Shown piece after piece: positions 6,877 to 14,833 of a DNA stretch of 64,000 bases. Location: IMG/VR virus record IMGVR_UViG_3300032093_000068, positions 1-64,000 of that record; one strand, written 5' to 3'. The position numbers were made by a program, and so were the translations under genes. Every line of letters starts with the position of its first letter. Positions within the stretch are counted from its first letter, which is position 1. Below the pieces are notes generated by a model. That model saw only the letters and a list, made by a program, of their open reading frames with translations, was not told the DNA's origin and did not search any database. Origin of the DNA: a virus.

Positions 6877-7538
6877 ATAAGATTAAAACAATAAAAAAAA
6901 TAAAAAATAAATCTAAGCGTTACGATGTTGGGGTTGAAAATGTAAATAATTTTTACGCTAATGGTGTGCTTGTTCATAATTGTCAGAACTTATCTTCTGA
7001 GTATGAAGAAATGAAAAAACATACCTACTATGTTACAGAAAAACTTGATGGTTCCTCTGCAACATTTTATGTCAAAGATGGTGAGTTTGGTATATGTTCT
7101 CGTAATTTGGAACTTTTAGAAAGTGAAACCAACACATTTTGGAGAGTTGCAAGAATTTTGGATTTAGAAAATAAAATGAAAAGTTTGAATAAAAATATTT
7201 CATTTCAGGGTGAACTTATAGGTGAAGGTATACAAGGAAATCCATATAAAGTTATCGGTCAAACTGTTAAATTTTTTAATATATTTGATATTGATAATTT
7301 CAAATATTACGAATTCGCGGATTTTATTTATGTTATGGCTTTTTTAGGTCTTAGTTACGTACCTGTATTATCTGAGGATTTCAAACTACCTGAAACTATT
7401 GATGAATTAATTAACTTTGCAGATGATAAATCACAATTAAATCAAAATTTTGATAGAGAAGGTATCGTTATTAGGTCTTATGACAAATCAGTTTCATTCA
7501 AAGTCATCTCAAACAAATTTTTACTTTCAGAAAAATGA
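6870..7538 (+). CDS. Split intein C-half (37 aa) fused to RNA ligase C-extein
   Basis: YDVGVENVNNFYANGVLVHN|C (junction 6980/6981); ligase motifs EKLDGSS, QGELIG, FNIFD, REGIVIR, FKVISNKFL. Confidence 0.92.
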   Translation: MLDKIKTIKKIKNKSKRYDVGVENVNNFYANGVLVHNCQNLSSEYEEMKKHTYYVTEKLDGSSATFYVKDGEFGICSRNLELLESETNTFWRVARILDLENKMKSLNKNISFQGELIGEGIQGNPYKVIGQTVKFFNIFDIDNFKYYEFADFIYVMAFLGLSYVPVLSEDFKLPETIDELINFADDKSQLNQNFDREGIVIRSYDKSVSFKVISNKFLLSEK

Positions 7539-8149
7539 TAGATAATATAGTTGCAATAAAAGATTTACTAACTTTTGAATCTGAGGATGATTTTTATCAT
7601 CTTCAGATTTTGAAACGCAAAAAAGAAAATCCTGAGCTTGGATCAAATTCTTATGTGGTCAAAACATATTACATCAATTCAATAGAATATTTGGATTCAA
7701 AAATTGATGAAATTATTCATCTTTGTAATTTCCATAATGCGAGGGCTTGTATAAATCTTAATCGTAGGTCATATGAAAAAATCGCTTTTCATACCTTAAA
7801 AAAGGTTACTGATCAAATTATGAATAAGGATTTTAAATCGGTTAGAAAGGCTTACGAATCTATCTGCGGTTCATTTTCAAATGAAAAAGATAAAAAATGG
7901 ATTATTGATATTGACCATAAAGATTTTGATTTGAGCGAGGTTAAAAGACATGTATTTTACAATAATTTAATTTCAAACATCCAAAGTTTAATTTTTCAAA
8001 CCGGTAAAGATGATACTATAACCACAATTCCGACCAAAAATGGTTTTCACCTAATCACAAGACCTTTCAATTTAGAAGAATTTAGAAAAATGCACGGTGA
8101 AAAAATTGCGGTTCAAAAAGATAATCCCACCCTTTTGTATATGTCATAA
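7535..8149 (+). CDS. Hypothetical protein with archaeo-eukaryotic primase (AEP)-like motifs
   Basis: hhhDhD (WIIDID) and PTKNGFHLIT resemble AEP motifs I and II. Confidence 0.5.
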   Translation: MIDNIVAIKDLLTFESEDDFYHLQILKRKKENPELGSNSYVVKTYYINSIEYLDSKIDEIIHLCNFHNARACINLNRRSYEKIAFHTLKKVTDQIMNKDFKSVRKAYESICGSFSNEKDKKWIIDIDHKDFDLSEVKRHVFYNNLISNIQSLIFQTGKDDTITTIPTKNGFHLITRPFNLEEFRKMHGEKIAVQKDNPTLLYMS

Positions 8150-8169
8150 TTTTTTTGTAATTTAGCAAA

Positions 8170-9231
8170 ATGTTAGAAACCTTAGAGAAATATTATAACG
8201 AGGGATTACTTTATAAACAAGTACATCCAACTTTACCATTAACTATATGGAACTATAATGAAAAGGTTCAATATGAAAATCTGTGGGACGATATTACTCT
8301 AATGTGCCGTGGTTTGGTAACTGATGACAATGGGAATGTTGTTGCTCGCCCGTTTAAAAAATTTTTTAATCTTAGTGAACAAAAACACTCCGCAACCGAA
8401 AAGTTTGATGTGTATGATAAATTAGACGGCTCACTTGGTATTTTTTTCTATTATAACGGTGGTTGGATTATGGCAACTCGCGGATCATTTACTTCTGATC
8501 AAGCGGTTAAGGGGTATGAAATGATGTTTAAATATGATTTCGCGTCCTTACATAAGGATTATACTTATTTGTTTGAAATCATATACAAACAAAATAGAAT
8601 AGTGTGCCAATATGATTTTGAAGATGTCATTCTACTTGGTATGATAAACACCAAAACCGGTCAAGAAGTTGATTTATACTCAGACAATTATGACGTTAGA
8701 TTTTCTAATATGATAAAAAATTTGGGGTTCAAATTGGCCAAAAAATACGATGGAATCAAGGACTACAAAGAACTTAAATCTATGATAAAAGATAATGAGG
8801 AAGGTTTTGTTGTTAAGTTTTCTAACGGAGATAGAATAAAAATAAAAGGTGATGAATATTTGAGATTACATAAAATAATGACACAAATATCGACCACCTC
8901 AATATGGGAATGTCTTAAAAATGGAGATGATATAGAATCTTTACTTAAAGATGTTCCTGACGAATTTTATAAAAAAATAAAATTATATGTTGGAAATCTA
9001 AAATATCATCATTTTCAAATATCTGAATATTGTGGTAAAATGCACGATTATTTCAGATATGGAAAATATAATGATGTCGATCCTGAACCAACCAAATCTG
9101 AATTTGCAAAGTTCGTTCAAACTAATATTAATAAAAGAGAATTACATTCTGTAATGTTTGCAATGTGGGATAGAAAAGATTATAGTCAAATAATATGGAA
9201 ATTAATTAAACCAAAATATGAAAAACTTTAA
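8170..9231 (+). CDS. rnlA: T4 RnlA/Rnl1-type RNA ligase
   Basis: CRGLV, RPFKKFFN, KLDGSLG, ATRGSF, FEII, EGFVV, KIKGDEY. Confidence 0.88.
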   Translation: MLETLEKYYNEGLLYKQVHPTLPLTIWNYNEKVQYENLWDDITLMCRGLVTDDNGNVVARPFKKFFNLSEQKHSATEKFDVYDKLDGSLGIFFYYNGGWIMATRGSFTSDQAVKGYEMMFKYDFASLHKDYTYLFEIIYKQNRIVCQYDFEDVILLGMINTKTGQEVDLYSDNYDVRFSNMIKNLGFKLAKKYDGIKDYKELKSMIKDNEEGFVVKFSNGDRIKIKGDEYLRLHKIMTQISTTSIWECLKNGDDIESLLKDVPDEFYKKIKLYVGNLKYHHFQISEYCGKMHDYFRYGKYNDVDPEPTKSEFAKFVQTNINKRELHSVMFAMWDRKDYSQIIWKLIKPKYEKL

Positions 9232-9511
9232 ATTATTTTTAATATCATTAATAATTGGTCTGAGTATTTGTCAAATCGGCAAATCTCAGGCCATTTTATA
9301 CCAAAAAAAGTTAAAGTCTTCAACTTTTATGATATCGGCTGGAACTATGATGTTAGGAGCTTCCATGTTTGACTATAATTTTTACGGTCCTTATCCAACC
9401 ATATATTATAGACCAAATTTTTTTAGAACTTATCCGAGAAATTTATTTTTCGGAGTAGGTGTAGGACTTGCAGTTTCAGGAGGAGTAATAACCTACAGGT
9501 TTTTACGTTAA
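9218..9511 (+). CDS. Hypothetical membrane or secreted protein
   Basis: Signal-like N-terminus and C-terminal hydrophobic segment. Confidence 0.6.
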   Translation: MKNFKLFLISLIIGLSICQIGKSQAILYQKKLKSSTFMISAGTMMLGASMFDYNFYGPYPTIYYRPNFFRTYPRNLFFGVGVGLAVSGGVITYRFLR

Positions 9512-10324
9512 TTTATCGTTTATTTTGAGTATTGTTTGTCTTTTTCTTTGTAATGTATGCCCATACGCGCCTTTACTTAAAAAATCATCAAAATGAAAAT
9601 CGTAGATATCATTTATAAAACATTTATCCCAAAAGTCTTCATCAATTGAGCCTACCTCCAAATGATTTGAATTATAATCCATATCAAGTGTAATTATTGC
9701 TGGATAATTTGTACTTAAAAAAGGTTGGTCTGAAATGTCTTTACCTTCCGACATATATTCTTCGGCAATAGTTAATAAATTTAAATCATAAGAAATATAG
9801 GAAGTTACAGTAATTTCGGGAACATTTACATCATCATCAATCGTTCCATCGCCTTTACAGGTATCACAATCATCTGAACCATTTCCGCCACATTCATCAC
9901 AAGATTCATGTCCAGAACCATCACAGTATTCACAATCTTCTTCACCTTCATCGCCTTCAATAGTCCCGTCACCACCGCATTGATTACAAGATTCATAACC
10001 TGACCCACCGCAATTACCGCAGTTTTCATATCCATTTCCATTACAGTCAGGACAATTTATCTCAGCAGGATACCTACCAAAACAAATTTTATCAATGACA
10101 TATAAATTATTATTTATAGACCAATCAACTGTTTTTCTATCAAGACCTCTTTTTATTGCGTCCAAATAAAAGGTCAATTTTAAATTTTGTTCTATTGATA
10201 ATTGGCCTGTCAATTGTTTGAAAGTATTATTCAATAATATATAACCATATATTTTATTTAATTTAAGATCATCTGGTAGTAGTCTTACTAATCTTTTAGC
10301 GACATTATATAAATCAATATTCAT
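9503..10324 (-). CDS. Protein with DnaJ-type zinc-finger repeats (6x CxxCxGxG) and no J-domain
   Basis: CPDCNGNG, CGNCGGSG, CNQCGGDG, CEYCDGSG, CDECGGNG, CDTCKGDG; no HPD motif; TATTTAT motif 5 nt upstream of ATG 10324. Confidence 0.75.
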   Translation of the reverse strand: MNIDLYNVAKRLVRLLPDDLKLNKIYGYILLNNTFKQLTGQLSIEQNLKLTFYLDAIKRGLDRKTVDWSINNNLYVIDKICFGRYPAEINCPDCNGNGYENCGNCGGSGYESCNQCGGDGTIEGDEGEEDCEYCDGSGHESCDECGGNGSDDCDTCKGDGTIDDDVNVPEITVTSYISYDLNLLTIAEEYMSEGKDISDQPFLSTNYPAIITLDMDYNSNHLEVGSIDEDFWDKCFINDIYDFHFDDFLSKGAYGHTLQRKRQTILKINDKLT

Positions 10325-10345
10325 ACAGATAAATACATTAAAAAA

Positions 10346-10378
10346 CAAAAAACCCCACTTATTAGGTGAGGTTTTAAA
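10346..10378. terminator. Putative intrinsic terminator (AAAACC(C/T)CA..TGAGGTTTT family)
   Basis: Hairpin with A and T tails; related copies at 12646-12678 and 14856-14892. Confidence 0.6.
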
Positions 10379-10394
10379 AATTCTAGATAAAAAA

Positions 10395-10562
10395 TTATTT
10401 AACCGAATCTTTTTTGATTACTGCTGATACAGTATCTACAATTGTGGTATCAACTTTAGAACTATCAACTGAAGTTGAGTCAGTTTGAGTGGTTTCACTT
10501 TGAGAACCACCGCAAGATGATAGTCCTACAACCACCACCAAAGAATAAATTAGTTTTTTCAT
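10395..10562 (-). CDS. Small lipoprotein (55 aa; not in the ORF track)
   Basis: MKKLIYSLVVVVGLSS|CGGSQSETTQTDSTSVDSSKVDTTIVDTVSAVIKKDSVK; lipobox LSSC. Confidence 0.75.
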   Translation of the reverse strand: MKKLIYSLVVVVGLSSCGGSQSETTQTDSTSVDSSKVDTTIVDTVSAVIKKDSVK

Positions 10563-10887
10563 ATATTAAGTTTGTTTATTTGTGAGTTTAATGATAATTA
10601 ACATTTTTTAACAAGTCAATATGATTTTTAAATTGATTTGTTTGCTTGAATTCACTAATTTTGTCAAACATTAGTTCTTTAAATGAAAAACAATTTCTCC
10701 AATTTTTTTTTAAAAATAATTTGGCAAATTAAAAAAGTTGTTTTATCTTTGTAAAAGATTTAGATGTCACCCCACCCTATCAGTTTTTAGGTTATTTAAT
10801 TTGAGTTCGATAGGGTGGGGGGAACGAGTGAAAAAAAAATTTAAAAAAAACTTGACAAGTGAAAAAAATTTCGTAACTTTGTCAAAC

Positions 10888-10973
10888 AATTCGAAAAGGA
10901 GGTCTGGTGTGAACCCGACTAAATAGTGTGAGGAAACTCACCATTTACGCGAGTCGGTAGCATGTTTCGAATT
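10888..10973 (+). ncRNA. Structured leader or small RNA downstream of promoter 10874
   Basis: AATTCGAAA/TTTCGAATT, CCGACT/AGTCGG, GTGAG-GAAA-CTCAC. Confidence 0.45.
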
Positions 10974-10987
10974 ATGTTCTTTAAAAT

Positions 10988-11862
10988 AATGGATTATCCA
11001 TCAAGTGAAAGTAGTCCTTCGGGATGATGATAACTTGTAAACGATAATGGGCTGTGTATAGTCCTTAAATAAACCACGAAAGTGGGATAAAGTGAATCCT
11101 CAAGTGTAAGGGGTTTGCGGTTTGAAATAACTTCGGTTGTTTTGAACTCGAGTACACAAACGGGATATCAATAAACCTGTAGTACCGAGGATAACTTCGT
11201 AGGGAAATGGATTATTGATGGGGCGATGTGGGTCGTCCTGTTGAGGTGGGAACACCAATAAGAATAACCCGTAGGGATTTTGTAAAAAATGTTATTATCC
11301 GATAATATTATTACGAGTTCCAATATGAAAGGATACTTAAAACCGAAGGGGCAACCTCAAAGGTATGATAAAGAACGAGTGGTGTCGCTATTATCCTTAA
11401 AGATGACTTACCAAAGTCTCTTTTTGAAGTAATCTTAAAATATGGAGGTGGGGACACTTCAAGGAGTAGTTTGATATTTGGTAATTCAAAAGATTACTAA
11501 GTCGGTGGCGGACCACTACTTCTATAATCCACAACACGTAACTTCGATTTAAAATTCAACTTTTAAAAAAGAGCAAAAGTGTCCGTCAGGTATTAGTGAA
11601 AGGTGACTACATAGTAATGAGCCGTTCATTGCCTCTGATAACCGCAAGTTTGATGAGATTTTTATGAAATACCTCTAATCTCGCAAGGATTAACTGGGGA
11701 GGCATTCTCGGGGAGAGTTGAGTAATAAAAGAGTAACTAGTACCTCAAGGAGTGGTTAGTCTAACTAACCGTCACTGGAAATTACCATTCAAAAGATGGT
11801 GGATACATAGGGAACCCATAATCCTATAAAAGATTTCCAATAAAACGTGTAATCTCAGCGTA
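10988..11862 (+). ncRNA. Large ornate ncRNA, about 870 nt, probably GOLLD-like
   Basis: No ORF, raised GC, many GNRA/UUCG-capped hairpins (GTCC-TTCG-GGAT, CCAC-GAAA-GTGG, TAAC-TTCG-GTTG, GGTG-GGAA-CACC, CGCAAG loops), long-range TGAGATT/AATCTCA pairing; size and adjacent tRNA fit GOLLD; family not confirmed. Confidence 0.6.
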
Positions 11863-11870
11863 AGCCATAT

Positions 11871-11945
11871 TGCGGGCGGGCAGGTCGGATCTGCGGGTGT
11901 CTCATAAGCACTCCATAAATTTGGTTCAACTCCAGAGCGACGCAA
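11871..11945 (+). tRNA. Atypical or degenerate tRNA-CAT (Met-like)
   Basis: GGTGT-ctCATaa-GCACT and T-arm TTTGG-TTCAACT-CCAGA; mismatched acceptor stem and odd D-arm. Confidence 0.55.
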
Positions 11946-11947
11946 CT

Positions 11948-12300
11948 AGTGACCCTTTTACGGTGGAATCGGATGAAGCCACCTAATTTTTAGGGAGAAA
12001 AAAAAACAAAAAAAATAATGTGTCCGGGGGTGTTTTGTTTAAGTTCTAGGTTCTTGTTATTAGTTTCATACCCCTGACCAATGTAAACCAAAAAAATAGA
12101 CCACCTTTTGTTAGTGTGTGCAGATGTGATAACCACACTTTTCGTTTGGGGTTCAGCAAAACGAAAAAAAGAAAGGTTAGCTACCTTTTTAACACATCCG
12201 TCGAGTGGTCGAACGTCTCGAGTTAATTACTCACTATAATTAAACTTGGGTTTATTGGAAACCCAACCACAAAACCAATAGCCAAATAAGGGTTGTCACT
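11948..12300 (+). ncRNA. Unassigned structured RNA, about 350 nt
   Basis: Closing AGTGACCCTT/AAGGGTTGTCACT; GGTGG/CCACC; TTTTCGTTTG/CAAAACGAAAA; AAAGGT/ACCTTT; TTGGGTTT/AAACCCAA; long-range GACCAC/GTGGTC and CGGATG/CATCCG. Confidence 0.55.
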
Positions 12301-12320
12301 TCGGTGATGACCCTTTTTTA
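12287..12320 (+). terminator. Intrinsic terminator ending the ncRNA operon
   Basis: AAGGGTTGTCAC-TTCG-GTGATGACCCTT followed by a T-tract. Confidence 0.8.
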
Positions 12321-12340
12321 TTTTCAGTATATTTATGTGT

Positions 12341-12646
12341 ATGAACCTACAAGAAAACATACAAAGGATAAGAGAAATGATGGGGATAAGTGAAGATTAT
12401 GATCCTTGGTTTAGAAGAAGATTTAATGAAGAAGAATTAGATTCTATCATGGATGACATTGAGGAATTGATAGAATATGGAGCTGATCCATATACCGCAA
12501 TGTATGATGCGGTGAGAGAATTTATCAAAAGTAAAAATTTTCCTGATATTGACGAACATGGTAATGAACAATCATATTGGGAATCGTATTTAAAATACGA
12601 AAAACCTTTAATTGATTATTTTACTAAACGAATATCTAATAATTAA
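12341..12646 (+). CDS. Hypothetical late protein
   Basis: MNLQENIQRIREMMG; TATTTAT at 12330. Confidence 0.7.
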   Translation: MNLQENIQRIREMMGISEDYDPWFRRRFNEEELDSIMDDIEELIEYGADPYTAMYDAVREFIKSKNFPDIDEHGNEQSYWESYLKYEKPLIDYFTKRISNN

Positions 12647-12680
12647 AAAACCCCACTCCGATAAGGAATGAGGTTTTAGT

Positions 12681-13051
12681 TGGTGGAGATGCGGGGTGCC
12701 GCCCCCCGGTCTTGTTCACTTTGATAATTAAGGACTACGTAAATAGTACAACATTATTTCTTAATGTTCCGAAATATTAGCTTTCTAACTCAGAAAACCA
12801 CAAACGAGTTTTGTTTCTTTTAGGATAGAAACCACACCCTACAAGTACTTCTGTTCCAAGGTTAAATGTACGCCGACCCGTTGTAGGTTTGCCTTAGGCT
12901 ACTGCTACTTTTTCAGAAGTACGAACAAGTCCTACAGCTGAAAGTTTGTTGATAACGTTTCCGTCTAATTGATAAGTCAGTTTTACAAGGTTAACTCAGC
13001 CTCGTTACGCCCCTAATTAGCAACCGTGCCAATCAATGCTATGTCATCCCC
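12681..13051 (-). ncRNA. ssrA: tmRNA (one-piece)
   Basis: 5' GGGGATG and 3' CATCTCC-ACCA with G3.U70 pair; tag ORF GNVINKLSAVGLVRTSEKVAVA-stop; promoter TATATTTG at 13080-13087 (-). Confidence 0.9.
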
Positions 13052-13137
13052 AATATTTTAAAGAACTTGTTTTCTTTTACAAATATACGTAAATTTTATG
13101 AAAAACCAAAAAAATATAATATTTATCAATAAAAAAT

Positions 13138-14481
13138 ATGACAAGTGAAGAACTAGATGAAGGAAGAAAAATTATTATTGAGACAGATCAATATATTTTT
13201 ATGGAAGTTCTAAATGAGAATGTTGCAAAATATTATGGAGGAAAGAATTACTCGGGTTATGATTGGTCGTCTAATTATAGAAACGGTAACTTATATTTTA
13301 TAATTAATAAAACTGATAATTTAGAATCTGTATCAGTTCATATTATAACAACTTCAAATGTTGAGGTTAAATTTATTTCGTCAGAAAAATCTTTATCGTT
13401 AGTTGAACTTTTTAAAAAATATCCAAATGTTGAGAAATTTATAATGGAACAGGTTGATCCTTTCAACATGGGTGCGTATTTCGCTCTAAAATCAATTGCG
13501 TCGGGTATTCCACCAAGAACTGATTGGACTATGGAACTTGCTGATGTTATGATTGGTAAATTTAAATATTTAGAAAAAAATCCAAGAAACTCTATTGTTA
13601 CATTGCAATTTAATGATTTGGATGATTATTTTAAAACTTTTGAAATGAGCGATGATTCACTATGGGTAATTAGAGTTGTTTTGGATAGTTATGGAAATGG
13701 TTTTGAGTTTACTGATAGTTCTGATGATTATTATTGGCAAGAAGGTATTTTTCTTACAAGTTATTTAAACGATTCTAATCAAGAAAAGATTAATGAAATT
13801 TTAAAATATATTTCACCAGGTTTAGAACTTAGCGAACATGATAGTGAGAATATTCCTATTGCCAAAATTTTTGATCAATTTTACCCTGAATTAGGTGATA
13901 CTATGAATTTTGAATATCATAATTTGGAAAATATATCAAGAAATGCTGCGGCAAGAAAAGAACTAAAAGAAGAATTTTGTGATATATATGAAAAATATAA
14001 TATTTTTAGAAAGTCATGTTATTATCAATATAATACTCCAGTATGGAATTTAATTAAATTATATGAAAATAATAATGCAAAAGATTTAAGTTTATATGAA
14101 TTAATTAAACTTGTAGGTCATAAATTTTCTGTTGGAGATTATTATGACGGTATATATGAAACTTATGGTGAAGAATTCGACGATGAATATTATCAAAGGG
14201 AAATTTCAAATGTTTTGGACAAAATCTTAGATAAGATAGAAGAAGACAGTGTTAATTTTCAAGAAATAATAAATTTATATGATGAAATATCAAAAAAATA
14301 TAAATTCAATAGATGGTATACTTTTCCAGCAGATCCAAATAAACAATTTTTAATAGATAAAATTGATATAGAAACAGGAAAATTGGTGGTTAATATGATT
14401 GGTAAAAATTTCCCATCAGGAAAAAGAAAAATGAGTTTAGAAGATTTTTATCAAACTATTCACAATCCATCATTATTCTAG
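13138..14481 (+). CDS. Hypothetical protein (447 aa)
   Basis: Long ORF; TATTTAT at 13120. Confidence 0.75.
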   Translation: MTSEELDEGRKIIIETDQYIFMEVLNENVAKYYGGKNYSGYDWSSNYRNGNLYFIINKTDNLESVSVHIITTSNVEVKFISSEKSLSLVELFKKYPNVEKFIMEQVDPFNMGAYFALKSIASGIPPRTDWTMELADVMIGKFKYLEKNPRNSIVTLQFNDLDDYFKTFEMSDDSLWVIRVVLDSYGNGFEFTDSSDDYYWQEGIFLTSYLNDSNQEKINEILKYISPGLELSEHDSENIPIAKIFDQFYPELGDTMNFEYHNLENISRNAAARKELKEEFCDIYEKYNIFRKSCYYQYNTPVWNLIKLYENNNAKDLSLYELIKLVGHKFSVGDYYDGIYETYGEEFDDEYYQREISNVLDKILDKIEEDSVNFQEIINLYDEISKKYKFNRWYTFPADPNKQFLIDKIDIETGKLVVNMIGKNFPSGKRKMSLEDFYQTIHNPSLF

Positions 14482-14539
14482 TATATTATAATTAATCCTT
14501 GTGATTGAAATCCTTGTGTCATTTGGTCTGAATCTAACT

Positions 14540-14833
14540 GGAAATATTGGAGCAATAACAACCAATAGTTCGTATAATACTAGTACGTTTAGTGATAAAA
14601 TTGAAACGGGAACAGTGGAAAAAGGTTCATATAGCGATCAATCATTTAGTTTTTCAGACAAATAATTTGAATTTTTTTATTGTACAAAATCGTATTGGAA
14701 AATATTACCCATATCTGAAAAAGTATATTCGTCAAAGGATTTGAAAAAATATTGTCCCGAATGCGGTTCAACAATAAAAAAAACATCTTGGAAATTTTGT
14801 CCATCATACGGAGAGGACTTACAATTCAGCTAA
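14540..14833 (+). pseudogene. Remnant of a zinc-ribbon protein
   Basis: Frame reads ..KIETGTVEKGSYSDQSFSFSDK*FEFFYCTKSYWKILPISEK..YCPECG..KFCPSYG..; internal TAA at 14663; no start codon; second CxxC changed to CPSY. Confidence 0.6.

Noticed and set aside
10738-10926. 62-aa ORF
   Set aside because: TTG start, spans tandem promoters and a hairpin; likely non-coding.
10988-11862. rRNA fragment or group II intron
   Set aside because: No recognisable universal 16S/23S motifs, no GTGCG 5' end or domain V, and no interrupted host gene.
11948-12300. RNase P RNA
   Set aside because: Size and fragments (GTCCGGG, ACAAAACC) are suggestive, but the conserved P4 helix cannot be formed; left unassigned.
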